Source: an uncultured Candidatus Saccharibacteria bacterium (GTDB lineage Bacteria; Patescibacteriota; UBA1384; XYA2-FULL-43-10; CAINNR01). Taken from it: DNA of 64,000 nt. The notes under the pieces are model-generated. The model saw only the letters and a list, made by a program, of their open reading frames with translations. It was not told the origin of the DNA and did not search any database. Location: the NCBI GenBank assembly GCA_964425445.1, contig CAYRLY010000001.1, forward strand, positions 5,537-69,536, read 5' to 3'. Below are positions 1-10,142 of the stretch, piece by piece. Both the position numbers and the translations under genes were made by a program. Each line of letters begins with the position of its first letter. Positions within the stretch are counted from its first letter, which is position 1.

Positions 1-2016
1 TTTTTCCAAGCGATAAAGAAATTTTTTCTAGTCATTTTCTTTTTCTTTTTGCTTAATCTGTATTGGCTGCCGGCGATGCTCTTTTTTCCTGATCCTGGAG
101 TTTCTGGGAGCAACATGATTAATAGCACGATCAGTCTGGGAACATCATTGCGTTTAAGTGCTATAAATTTATTGCGTGGTTGGGGATCTTTATTTAATTT
201 CCAATTTGAATCATCATATCCGCCGGGATTCCCTATCGTCTCATTTGTTTTAATATTTTTGTCGCTAACAATTTTTCTTTGGAAGCGACAGGTAAATAAA
301 AATTGGCTTACTTTTTTAACTTTGTTACTAATTCCCATCGCTTTTTATAAAATCGATCGAGATTTATTAACATATCTGCCGTTTGCCAATCTAATCCGGG
401 ATCTGGCTAGATTTTCAGTTCTCTCAACCCTTTCGTTAGTAGTTCTCGGAGCTTTTGCTGTTGATCAATTATTTCTTATTAAAAATCTTTTTGCCAGACG
501 TTTTTTATTGATTTTTATTGTAGTAATCTTGATCTTAAATTCTTGGCCGACATTAAATTGGGAAATGTTTTCTTACTCCCGAGGCGAATCAGATTTCCGT
601 TTTCGCACTTATAAACAGTCAGCCGAACTTTCAGAATTTGAGGAGAAAATTAATCAGGAAGAAAATTTACGAGTTCTTTATCTACCAATTGGCGCACTAA
701 TAAATTTAGATGACAAGCGTTTTGATGGTGGCTTTGAAAAAATTTGGGATACTCAAGGGGCTTTTTCCAAAAACCCGGGAGCAATTACTGATTCTGACCG
801 TGGTCAGGGCGCGGCTTCAGGACTTGTGAGGTTATTAAATTTAGCAATTAAAAACCGCGATTTAGAGCGATTAAACTCGTTGGCAGAAATTGCCAAAATA
901 AACATGTTAGTTTTCCGCCGTGATGGCAAGTATTATGACTGGGGAGAGGAAGAAAAAAATGATTTTGAAAATAAGCTCGATGCATTAGTCACTGATGGCA
1001 AGGCCGACATTTATTTTGATCAAGGGGATGTTCTAGCTGTAAAATATAAAAACTCTGAAAGCCTGGTGCAAACAAGTCAAGATTATACACTAGTTGATTC
1101 CAGTCAGCTCCAAGTTGCAGAAGAAATTTATCCAGATATCTTTCCTCGCGGATTAGTTTCGGACGCTAGTTTTTCCAATGGTTCTTTACTGCTGGAAGTT
1201 AAAGAGCTCGTTAATCTTCCTTTAATTTATCAAAATGAGCAAAAATTACCCGATTTAAATTCAAAATATAAAATTTTTCTCTTTCATCAAAATCAAGATA
1301 TTTACAATCTGATTAGTAATAAAAAAGCTCTCTGTAAAAAAAATTCTCAAAATTATAAATTAAAAAAAAATTTATTGAATCAGGCTAAAGAGTGTTATCA
1401 AGTGCTGTCAGATATCAGTTGTGCTGATAGTGGTTGCGATGATTATTATACATTTTTGCCAAGTTCGATTCCTCCTTCTGCGGAAATAATTTTTATATCT
1501 GATCAAAATGAAACCGTCGTTTTTAATGGTAAATCGTACAGCCTTAATGAAGCAGAAAAAATGAGTAAATATTTTAAGCTCGAGGTTGATAATTTGCAAC
1601 CCGGTTTGAACCGGCTAGAACCGAAGAAATCAAGACCGATTTTTGTTCAAATGATTGGCAACCCAGTTGCTTCTGTTACCAATCTTGAATACCAGAAAAT
1701 TAATCCTGGTAAGTATAAAATTTATGTTGAGAAAGACGGTATAAAGTTACTGACTTTTAATCAGAATTTTGATCATTATTGGAGAATTTATCAAGATGAC
1801 AGTTTGTTTTTGAGAGCAGTTTCCAGCGATGATAAACATCTAATTGTTGATAGCTATGCTAACGGCTGGTTGATTGATACAGATAAATTTAATGGTGATT
1901 TGTATATTATTTATTGGCCGGATAGATTGCTGGTTATCGGTGGTTTCTTAACAATAATGACTTTAGCTTTGATGATTGTATTTTTAGCGATTAACCGAAG
2001 TGACTATGAAATTTAA
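1..2016 (+). CDS. polytopic membrane protein, hypothetical. The reading frame is open to the window start, so it is possibly 5'-truncated. An in-window TTG start is at 49.
   Basis: Long ORF with many hydrophobic helices at the N- and C-termini. No stop upstream in frame back to position 1. Confidence 0.45.
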   Translation, partial: FFQAIKKFFLVIFFFFLLNLYWLPAMLFFPDPGVSGSNMINSTISLGTSLRLSAINLLRGWGSLFNFQFESSYPPGFPIVSFVLIFLSLTIFLWKRQVNKNWLTFLTLLLIPIAFYKIDRDLLTYLPFANLIRDLARFSVLSTLSLVVLGAFAVDQLFLIKNLFARRFLLIFIVVILILNSWPTLNWEMFSYSRGESDFRFRTYKQSAELSEFEEKINQEENLRVLYLPIGALINLDDKRFDGGFEKIWDTQGAFSKNPGAITDSDRGQGAASGLVRLLNLAIKNRDLERLNSLAEIAKINMLVFRRDGKYYDWGEEEKNDFENKLDALVTDGKADIYFDQGDVLAVKYKNSESLVQTSQDYTLVDSSQLQVAEEIYPDIFPRGLVSDASFSNGSLLLEVKELVNLPLIYQNEQKLPDLNSKYKIFLFHQNQDIYNLISNKKALCKKNSQNYKLKKNLLNQAKECYQVLSDISCADSGCDDYYTFLPSSIPPSAEIIFISDQNETVVFNGKSYSLNEAEKMSKYFKLEVDNLQPGLNRLEPKKSRPIFVQMIGNPVASVTNLEYQKINPGKYKIYVEKDGIKLLTFNQNFDHYWRIYQDDSLFLRAVSSDDKHLIVDSYANGWLIDTDKFNGDLYIIYWPDRLLVIGGFLTIMTLALMIVFLAINRSDYEI

Positions 2017-3346
2017 AGCGCAGGTAATCACTATCGTTTTGCTTTTAATCTCTTCTTTGTCAGTGTTTTTTTTATTATTTTATTATTCAAGGCCTGAACC
2101 AGTCGAAATTTCTGATCGACCGCTGGTATTAGTATCTTTTCTTTACGAACATGGGGAAAAGGATTTAGCTAAAAATCAGAGAGAAAAAAATTTTCAGAGT
2201 GCCGAAAATCTCTACCGCATTATCACCGGTAATTCGGAAGTAATCGACCTGACTGAAGACATATCGGCTTCCAAATATGTAGACAGGTCATTTTCTTTTG
2301 CTTTCCCATTAGAACAATTTATCTCTACAGTTGATTTGTCACGAGAGGAAAACAATAATAATTTTAGTTACAGTCGAGCGCTAGAAGACAGTTCGGTGGA
2401 AAAGTTTGTATACGTTGACCAAGAAAAGAATTATGATATTTATTTTAAAACTAAAAATCATTCCGACACTTTGATAGTCAATGGAGAAAAAAAATCTGCG
2501 ATAAATTCATTCTCTGATTGGAGGATGGTTGGCAACTACTTGTCTGGAGAAAATAATACTATCACTTTCAAATCCGCTGATCAATATGATCAAGTAGTTG
2601 AAGTGGTTTTGGTTATTGACGAGGAAATCCAAAACAAAGACAATCAAAGAGAATATAGTCTAAATTATAAAAACGGAAGTTACTGTTTCAATTTAAGTGG
2701 TAAAAATTATGCGATTACTCATAATCCGAAAAACATATTTTTATCACCGATATCCTGCAATGACAATTGTGAAAATCCGAAATTTATCTCATATTATCCG
2801 GCAGATAATGGTAGAGTCTCTTTTGATAAGAAATCAATTAATATTATCACTAACTCGGGCTACTATCGATTAAATAACTACAACTTCTCCCGAAATTTAT
2901 TGGCATCGATTCTCATATTGTTTTTTGATCTCTTTATAATTTTATTGATCATAAATAAAGATTTCAAAAGGGGTGTTGTTCATTTTTTGAATGATTCGAA
3001 ATATGTTCTTAAAAAATTTTTTTCCGGAAACAAAATCCAAATTAGTAAAATAATAATATTAAATTTAATACTATTTATCTTGCGATTTATTTTGATATTT
3101 AGACCGTATCTCTCAATGACGCTAATTATTTTGATAAATGTTTTCTTGCTCTGGTGGTTTTTTCGATCAAAAAAATTGCTTTCGGTTGTGGCAATTTTGT
3201 TTTTGCTAATAGCTGCATCATTAAACAGTTTATTTCTGTTCGAGAATCTAGTTGAAAAACTTGCAACCGGTATTATTTTCCTGATAGTTTTTATAATACT
3301 CGAATCTCTAATTAATATAATTGACGATTCCCCTAACCAATATTGA
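2000..3346 (+). CDS. membrane protein, hypothetical (N-terminal TM anchor, Asn-rich extracytoplasmic middle, multi-TM C-terminus)
   Basis: ORF track; hydrophobicity pattern; overlaps the upstream gene stop, consistent with an operon. Confidence 0.4.
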   Translation: MTMKFKAQVITIVLLLISSLSVFFLLFYYSRPEPVEISDRPLVLVSFLYEHGEKDLAKNQREKNFQSAENLYRIITGNSEVIDLTEDISASKYVDRSFSFAFPLEQFISTVDLSREENNNNFSYSRALEDSSVEKFVYVDQEKNYDIYFKTKNHSDTLIVNGEKKSAINSFSDWRMVGNYLSGENNTITFKSADQYDQVVEVVLVIDEEIQNKDNQREYSLNYKNGSYCFNLSGKNYAITHNPKNIFLSPISCNDNCENPKFISYYPADNGRVSFDKKSINIITNSGYYRLNNYNFSRNLLASILILFFDLFIILLIINKDFKRGVVHFLNDSKYVLKKFFSGNKIQISKIIILNLILFILRFILIFRPYLSMTLIILINVFLLWWFFRSKKLLSVVAILFLLIAASLNSLFLFENLVEKLATGIIFLIVFIILESLINIIDDSPNQY

Positions 3347-3355
3347 TACATTAAG

Positions 3356-4312
3356 ATGAAAAAAGTAAACATATCGGTGATCATCCCGGTTTATAATGAA
3401 GCGGAGAATATCAATTCTCTTTATTCGGAGTTGAAGGAGGTTTTTGCTCTGACCGATCGCAAACACGAAATTATTTTTGTTAATGATGCCTCCAGAGATA
3501 AGACGTTGGCCGAATTAGAAAAAATTGCCGCCAAAGATAAGCAGGTTGTGGTCATTGATTTTATTCGCAACTTCGGCCAGACGGCGGCGCTTTCGGCCGG
3601 AATTGATAACTCTGTCGGCGAAATTATTATCCCGATGGATGGCGATGGCCAGAATGATCCAGCGGATATTCCGAAATTGGTGCAGAAGATCGACGAAGGA
3701 TTTGCAGTAGTTTCCGGTTGGCGCAAGAACAGGAAAGACGCCTTCATTCGAGTTTTACCCTCTCAAATCGCCAATTGGTTAATCAGGAAGATAACCGGAG
3801 TAAAAATTCATGACAACGGCTGTTCGCTCAAGGCCTATCGCCGCGAGGTAATTGATGGCGTTCAGCTTTATGGTGAGATGCACCGCTTTATCTCTGTCTA
3901 TGCCTCCTGGTCCGGTGGTAGGATCGCCGAGATTGTCGTCAACCACCGTCCGAGAACTTGCGGCAAAAGCAAATATGGTTTTTCCCGAATTTTTAAAGTT
4001 GTGCTTGACCTTCTGGTTATCCGCTTTCTCCATAAGTATATCTCCCGGCCGATTCACTTTTTCGGCAAATACGGGTTTTGGGCGATATTTGTTTCAATAG
4101 TTTTTTCTGCCTGGTCAATCTATCTAAAATTATTCCAAGATCTTTCAATCAATCGTACGCCGTTGCCGGTACTTTCATCGATGTTTTTAATCGTCGGACT
4201 TCAGTTAATATTAACCGGCGTTTTGGCCGAACTCCTGACTCGCACCTACTTCGAGTCACAGGGCAGAAAAGCATATAAAATAAAAAAGATAATTAATGGC
4301 AAAAAAAGCTAA
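3356..4312 (+). CDS. GT2 family polyprenol-phosphate glycosyltransferase (dolichyl-phosphate mannose synthase / ArnC / GtrB-like)
   Basis: N-terminal VSVIIPVYNEAENI motif, DGD(G) motif and two C-terminal TM helices typical of this family. Confidence 0.8.
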   Translation: MKKVNISVIIPVYNEAENINSLYSELKEVFALTDRKHEIIFVNDASRDKTLAELEKIAAKDKQVVVIDFIRNFGQTAALSAGIDNSVGEIIIPMDGDGQNDPADIPKLVQKIDEGFAVVSGWRKNRKDAFIRVLPSQIANWLIRKITGVKIHDNGCSLKAYRREVIDGVQLYGEMHRFISVYASWSGGRIAEIVVNHRPRTCGKSKYGFSRIFKVVLDLLVIRFLHKYISRPIHFFGKYGFWAIFVSIVFSAWSIYLKLFQDLSINRTPLPVLSSMFLIVGLQLILTGVLAELLTRTYFESQGRKAYKIKKIINGKKS

Positions 4313-5267
4313 AACAATTTTAGTTACCGGCTCTGCTGGCTTTATCGGCTTTCATTTAGCAAAGAAACTTCTTGAAGAAGGTGTGGATGTTGTTGGCATT
4401 GATAATTTAAATGATTATTATGATCCGAAATTAAAGACTGATCGTAACAAAATACTGAAAAGCCATGAAAACTATACTTTTCTTAAAGGCGATCTTGCTG
4501 ATGAAAAGTTTATTACTCAACTATTTAAAAAATTTAAATTTGACCAGATCTGTCACTTAGCGGCCCAAGCTGGTGTGCGCTACAGCATTGAAAATCCAGC
4601 CGTTTACATTCAATCAAATATAGTCGGCTTTGCTAATTTGATTGAAGCGACAAAAAACGCCGGCATTAGGAATTTTGTTTATGCTTCTTCAAGTTCAGTC
4701 TACGGCAATAGTGCAAAAGCGAAATTTTCAGTCAAAGATCGCACTGATGATCCGATCTCTCTCTATGCGGCGACGAAAAAAGCCGATGAGCTTATCGCCT
4801 ACACTTATAATCATTTATTTGGATTAAACTGCACGGGTTTGCGTTTTTTTACGGTTTATGGCCCTTGGGGCCGACCGGACATGGCGCCTTTTAAATTTAC
4901 TGGGCGGATTATTGCTGGCAAAGAGATTGAGGTTTACAACTTTGGTAAGATGAAAAGGGACTTCACCTACATCGACGACATTGTTTCCGGAATTATTGCC
5001 GCCCTAAGACGCCCCAGGGGCTTCAAGATTTATAATCTTGGCAATAACCGACCGGTGACCCTAAACCGTTTTATCAAATCTATAGAGGCTGCCTGTGGGC
5101 AAAAAGCGAAGATTAAATACTTGCCGCTACAACCGGGAGATGTTTTGAAAACCGCCGCTGATATTTCCGAATCAAAAAAGGATTTAAAGTTTTCGCCGAA
5201 GATAGATATCGAAGAGGGAATAAGAAAATTTGTTGATTGGTATAAAGAGTATTATGGCAAAAAATAA
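4296..5267 (+). CDS. NAD-dependent epimerase/dehydratase (UDP-glucuronate/UDP-glucose 4-epimerase-like)
   Basis: ILVTGSAGFIGFH Rossmann motif and YAATK catalytic motif (SDR extended family). Confidence 0.8.
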   Translation: MAKKAKTILVTGSAGFIGFHLAKKLLEEGVDVVGIDNLNDYYDPKLKTDRNKILKSHENYTFLKGDLADEKFITQLFKKFKFDQICHLAAQAGVRYSIENPAVYIQSNIVGFANLIEATKNAGIRNFVYASSSSVYGNSAKAKFSVKDRTDDPISLYAATKKADELIAYTYNHLFGLNCTGLRFFTVYGPWGRPDMAPFKFTGRIIAGKEIEVYNFGKMKRDFTYIDDIVSGIIAALRRPRGFKIYNLGNNRPVTLNRFIKSIEAACGQKAKIKYLPLQPGDVLKTAADISESKKDLKFSPKIDIEEGIRKFVDWYKEYYGKK

Positions 5268-6372
5268 AACCAAAATTTTATTTTTAAATTATGAATTCCC
5301 ACCGCTAGGAGGTGGAGCAGGTAATGCAACTAAATATTTATTTTTAGAATTTGCTAAACAAGAAGATCTAGAAATCGATCTAATCACCAGCTCGACCGAC
5401 AAGTTTAAAATTGAGAAATTTGCCAAAAATATTCGCGTCCATTATCTCGATATTGGGAAAAAGGGTAATATTCATTATCAAAGCAACAGTGATCTTTTAA
5501 AATATAGCTGGAAGGCTTATTTTTACGGAAAAGGTCTAATAAAAAAGAAAAAATTTGATTTGACCCACGCTTTTTTCGGTATCCCCTGTGGCTATATCGC
5601 GATGAAACTAGGACTGCCGTATATTGTTTCTCTTCGTGGCAGTGATGTGCCGTTTTATAATCCCAGATTTGCAAAACTAGACAAGCTGGTTTTTCATCGA
5701 TTGTCGCGACGGATCTGGCGGCGGGCGAGAGCGGTAATCGCCAACTCCGAAGATCTAAAAGGATTAGCGATGAAAACTTTCGCGGGTGGGATAGGCGTGA
5801 TTCCTAATGGTGTTGATACCAGCGAATTTAAGCCATTAAAAAACAAAAAAATATCAAACAAGATTCGTTTGATCTCCACCGGTCGTCTTATTGCGCGGAA
5901 AGGTTATCAATATTTGATTCCGGCGTTTAAAGGTTTGAAAAATGTCGAGTTAATTTTGGTTGGTGGTGGTGATCTGCGTAGTGAGCTTGATGAATTAGCG
6001 AGAAAAAATCAGGTAAAAGTCAATTTTGCTGGTGAAGTCAAACATGATGAAATCGTGAAATATCTCCAAAACTCGGATATTTTTGTTCTCCCTTCGCTCA
6101 ACGAGGGGATGAGCAACTCGATACTTGAAGCGATGTCCTGTGGCTTGCCGATAATTACCACTAACACTGGGGGCAGCAAAGAATTGATTGATGGGAATGG
6201 GTTTGTTTTTAAAAAAAGATCAATTGCTTCAATTAAAAAAACGCTGGAAAGATATTTAAAATCACGAGATTTAATTCGAAAACATGGCGAAAAATCACGG
6301 GGAATTGTCCAAGATATGAGCTGGGAAAATGTCTCAAATAAATATAAGAAAATTTATGATCAACTGGCGTAA
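5254..6372 (+). CDS. GT4 family glycosyltransferase
   Basis: C-terminal EGMSNSILEAMSCGLPIITT motif (GT4 E-x7-E region). The ORF track start at 5230 is also possible. Confidence 0.75.
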   Translation: MAKNKTKILFLNYEFPPLGGGAGNATKYLFLEFAKQEDLEIDLITSSTDKFKIEKFAKNIRVHYLDIGKKGNIHYQSNSDLLKYSWKAYFYGKGLIKKKKFDLTHAFFGIPCGYIAMKLGLPYIVSLRGSDVPFYNPRFAKLDKLVFHRLSRRIWRRARAVIANSEDLKGLAMKTFAGGIGVIPNGVDTSEFKPLKNKKISNKIRLISTGRLIARKGYQYLIPAFKGLKNVELILVGGGDLRSELDELARKNQVKVNFAGEVKHDEIVKYLQNSDIFVLPSLNEGMSNSILEAMSCGLPIITTNTGGSKELIDGNGFVFKKRSIASIKKTLERYLKSRDLIRKHGEKSRGIVQDMSWENVSNKYKKIYDQLA

Positions 6373-7699
6373 ACCAACAATACTGGCTTTGCTTTATATC
6401 TCCGGAAGTAAAATTCCGCGCAATCTTAAAATAATTCAAAAACTTGCCAAAAGCAGTAAAAGAGAGATAAGGAAATATCAAAAGGAAAAGCTAAAGAAAC
6501 TTCTATCCCATGCTTATGAAAATGTCCCTTACTATCAACGAGTGCTAAAAGAATCTGGTGTGATTACAAAATCAGGGGAAGTTGATCTGAAAAAATTCTC
6601 CAATATACCAATTCTAACAAAAGATATTATCCGCAAAGAGGGTAAAAATTTATACTCCAAAGATTATAAAAGAAGGGGATATTATAAAAATACCTCCGGT
6701 GGATCGACTGGCGAGCCGGTGGAATTTATACAGGACAAAAAATATTCCGATTGGAATGATGCGACAAAAATATTCTATTTTAATTCCCTAGGTCATGATT
6801 GGGGTGATCCGGAGATAAAATTATGGGGGTCGGATCGGGATATTATAAAAGGTAATTTATCTTTGAAAGATAGAGTGGCTAATTATCTTTATAATCGTCG
6901 TTTTTTTAATTGCTATAATTTCTCAAAAAATAATATGACCTCTTTATTGCGTTTGCATAACAGTTATAGACCAGTGGGATACTGGTCATATATGGAGGCT
7001 GTGAGTGAATTCGCTGATTTTATTGTCGAAAACAATTTGAAAGTGTTCAGCCCTAAATATATTGTATCGACCATTGGTCCATTGGAAGATAATGTCAGAA
7101 AAAAAATTTCCCAGACATTCTCTTGCCCTGTATTTGACCAATACGGGTCGCGAGAAGTGGGATTTATTGCGGCTGAGTTTCCCAAAAGTGAAGGGAAGTT
7201 ATTCTTTCCCTGGTTTAATTATGTTGAGAATACTAATGGGCTAGTAAAAAATGTCATTGTAACTAATTTGGCCAATTTTTCAATGCCACTTATTCGTTAT
7301 GACATTGGTGATGCCGCAATAATTAATTATGGGAAGATTAAACGATTGTGTGGTCGCACATTAGGTTTTTTTTACAAAAAAGATGGGTCATTGATCCACA
7401 CTCACTTTTTGGTTCAAACGTTGTTTTTTGTTGAATGGATAAAACGTTTTCAGATTATCCAGCCTAATTTTGGGTCTATTGAAATTAAAATAGAAAAAAA
7501 AGAAAATGTGTTAGCCAGCCGAAGGGGTCAGCAAGAAATACTGCAAAAGGTTAAAAAACTAACTGGGGATGAGATTGAATGTAAGATAAAATTTGTAAAA
7601 AGAATATGTTCGCAAAAAAATGGGAAATATACATATACAATTTGTAAAATACCTAAAGAAGATTTAAAGAAGCTAAAGGAAAAAATAGATGGAAGTTAA
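6329..7699 (+). CDS. CapK / PaaK-like adenylate-forming enzyme (coenzyme F390 synthetase family)
   Basis: TSGGSTGEPV adenylation motif with family-typical length; sits inside the glycan locus. The start may be an internal Met at about 6356. Confidence 0.65.
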   Translation: MSQINIRKFMINWRKPTILALLYISGSKIPRNLKIIQKLAKSSKREIRKYQKEKLKKLLSHAYENVPYYQRVLKESGVITKSGEVDLKKFSNIPILTKDIIRKEGKNLYSKDYKRRGYYKNTSGGSTGEPVEFIQDKKYSDWNDATKIFYFNSLGHDWGDPEIKLWGSDRDIIKGNLSLKDRVANYLYNRRFFNCYNFSKNNMTSLLRLHNSYRPVGYWSYMEAVSEFADFIVENNLKVFSPKYIVSTIGPLEDNVRKKISQTFSCPVFDQYGSREVGFIAAEFPKSEGKLFFPWFNYVENTNGLVKNVIVTNLANFSMPLIRYDIGDAAIINYGKIKRLCGRTLGFFYKKDGSLIHTHFLVQTLFFVEWIKRFQIIQPNFGSIEIKIEKKENVLASRRGQQEILQKVKKLTGDEIECKIKFVKRICSQKNGKYTYTICKIPKEDLKKLKEKIDGS

Positions 7700-9206
7700 A
7701 AAACTAAAAATTAATCCTGATTTTAAAAGCCATAAAATTGCTAAATCAGTAATTTACAAGCTAAAAAAATATCTTAAGCCCAAAAGTTCGGTGCTAGATA
7801 TTGGTGCAGGTGATGGTTGTCTCCTTGACCTAATTAGCAAAACATTTAAAAATGTTAATGTTTTTGGAATTGATCCCGAGCCAAAATCAAAGAAGATAAA
7901 GAAAGCTGGAATCGAAAAATTGCCGTTTCCTGATCAAAGCATTGATCTTGTGGTTTGTACCGATGTTATTGAACATCTAACTGATTCTCAACTGCACAAA
8001 GGTATCAAAGAGATTAGTCGGGTGCTAAAAGAGGGGGGCAGAGCAATTATTACCACAGTTGTGAATGAAAATTTCAACAGACAACTCTGCTTGTGCCCTA
8101 GATGCAGTAAAGTGTTTCACAAGATTGGCCATCAGCAGATCTTTGCTCCAGAAGAATTGGTTCAAATTTTTTCCTCAAATAACCTAAAAGTTATTGAGAC
8201 ATTTAATTTTAACTTAACATTATTCGCAAAATACCCGATGTTAATAAGACTGGCTGAAAGACTGAATTTCCATAAGTTATTTTCTGGTGAAATTAGATAT
8301 CGACTAAAAAAAGATTTCTTGTTAGTTGTCCAAAAGGAAGTAAATCACAAAGATTGTCCAGTTTGTGATTCCAAGAATTGCAATATTGAGCGAAAAATCG
8401 GTGGTTATTATTTTTTGCGCTGTATGGAATGCGGTTTTATTTATTCTAATCTATCCAGCGAAGAAATTGAAAAAGAGAATTTTTCGTATGACAAAGAAGC
8501 GATCAAAAAGTATAAAGACACTCAAACAAAATTTGATATTGTTTGGTTTGGTGAATTAGCAAAAAGAATTAATTCACGTTTTAAACAAGATAGCACTAAA
8601 AGAGTATTAGATATTGGCTGTGGGAACGGAATATTGTTAAACGAATTTAAAAAACTTGGCTGGGAGACTTGTGGACTTGATCCGTCGCCTTGGTCTGTAG
8701 GCTTTGCAAAAAAATATAATTTCAAGTTATACAGAAAAGTTATAGGTGAAGAAAAGTTGCCTCAAGAATACTTTGATGCAATTGTCTGTACTTCCACATT
8801 AGAGCACATTGAAGAACCAAAAAAATTCATTAGTCAAATATTGCCATTATTAAAGTCAAAAGGCGTGCTGTATTTTTCTGGAATGCCGAACTATAATTCA
8901 TTAGCAGTAATTTTGGGATTTTCAGATTTCTCTAAAAACGCTCCGCCGCAACATGTCAGTTTTTTCAAACGGCAGATTTTTAAAACATTAGTTTCAAATA
9001 GCGGGTATAAAATCACTGTTAGAAGCTACGGTTTTCCTGGGTTGTATGGTTTTTATCGCAAGATCAAAATAATTCGCCGATCGGGTGGTCGATCGTCTGG
9101 TAATCGTAATTCTTTATTGGCTAGATTGTCTGTTCTTATTAATTATTATTCAGGTCGACTTTTTGGTTTGGGCGATAAACTGGAGGTTATAATTGAAAAA
9201 AAATAA
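7689..9206 (+). CDS. tandem double class-I SAM-dependent methyltransferase with internal Cys4 zinc-ribbon
   Basis: Two glycine-rich SAM motifs (LDIGAGDGCLL and LDIGCGNGILL), each followed by a DVI/EHI motif; CPVC...CMEC zinc-ribbon between the halves. Confidence 0.7.
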   Translation: MEVKKLKINPDFKSHKIAKSVIYKLKKYLKPKSSVLDIGAGDGCLLDLISKTFKNVNVFGIDPEPKSKKIKKAGIEKLPFPDQSIDLVVCTDVIEHLTDSQLHKGIKEISRVLKEGGRAIITTVVNENFNRQLCLCPRCSKVFHKIGHQQIFAPEELVQIFSSNNLKVIETFNFNLTLFAKYPMLIRLAERLNFHKLFSGEIRYRLKKDFLLVVQKEVNHKDCPVCDSKNCNIERKIGGYYFLRCMECGFIYSNLSSEEIEKENFSYDKEAIKKYKDTQTKFDIVWFGELAKRINSRFKQDSTKRVLDIGCGNGILLNEFKKLGWETCGLDPSPWSVGFAKKYNFKLYRKVIGEEKLPQEYFDAIVCTSTLEHIEEPKKFISQILPLLKSKGVLYFSGMPNYNSLAVILGFSDFSKNAPPQHVSFFKRQIFKTLVSNSGYKITVRSYGFPGLYGFYRKIKIIRRSGGRSSGNRNSLLARLSVLINYYSGRLFGLGDKLEVIIEKK

Positions 9207-10140
9207 CCAGAAAGAAATCTTGTTCAGCATAGCCAAAGTTTTCATCGCAGCCGGGCTTATTTTTTGGATATTCAAGAAGATTGATTTGAATTCAGTTAAA
9301 AATTTGTTTGTATCAGCTAATTGGATTTATCTCGTGTTGCAATTGCTTGTGATCACTGTTGGTGTAATTGTTAGCTCTCTTAAATGGAAAGCAATATTGG
9401 ATTTTTATCATGTTTATTTCCGGCTATCAAAGCTAATTATTTCCTACTGGATAGGATTTTTTTTAAATTCATTTTTACCTACAAGTATTGGTGGAGACGT
9501 CTATAAATATCATGTTTTGGGCAGAAAAAAACCGGAAGAAAAATTAAAAATTGCCTCATCGGTCATCATAGAAAGGGGGATAGGCTTCCTCACTCTATTT
9601 TTTGTTATGGTAATATCTCTCTTTTTTCTTCCAAATTCATCAAACTTTATTTTTTTCCTCGCCTTGTTATTGTCGGTATTATCTATATCTGGCATTATCT
9701 ATTCTTCAATTTTGTCCAAAAGAAAATATAAGATTAAGAGAAATAGCCGCTTTAAACTTATTAATTACTTTTATCAATTCTGTAATCATATTTTAGAAAT
9801 TAGCGATAAAAATTTGCTGGCCTATACATTTTTTCTTTCCCTGGTTTTTGTTGGTTTATCTGTAATTTCAAACCAATTATCCTTCTTGATCGTCGGCTAT
9901 CGTATGCCGTTGATCTATTTTTTAATTGCAGTGCCGATAATTAATTTTTCAAAACTTATTCCTTTCTCGATTGACTCGATTGGAATCAGGGAAGCGACGG
10001 GCGTTATGATATTTTCCTTTTTCGGTGTACCAAGTGAAGTCACATTGACAGCTATGATTGTCGGTAGAGTTTCTAGTTATCTGTTTAGTCTGTCGGGTGG
10101 TATTATGTATTTGATTCGAAAATTTACTAAAATAATTTAA
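9193..10140 (+). CDS. flippase-like / lysylphosphatidylglycerol-synthase TM-domain family membrane protein
   Basis: About 8 TM helices with the GGDVYKYHVLG motif characteristic of the UPF0104 flippase-like family. Confidence 0.6.
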   Translation: MKKNNQKEILFSIAKVFIAAGLIFWIFKKIDLNSVKNLFVSANWIYLVLQLLVITVGVIVSSLKWKAILDFYHVYFRLSKLIISYWIGFFLNSFLPTSIGGDVYKYHVLGRKKPEEKLKIASSVIIERGIGFLTLFFVMVISLFFLPNSSNFIFFLALLLSVLSISGIIYSSILSKRKYKIKRNSRFKLINYFYQFCNHILEISDKNLLAYTFFLSLVFVGLSVISNQLSFLIVGYRMPLIYFLIAVPIINFSKLIPFSIDSIGIREATGVMIFSFFGVPSEVTLTAMIVGRVSSYLFSLSGGIMYLIRKFTKII

Positions 10141-10142
10141 AA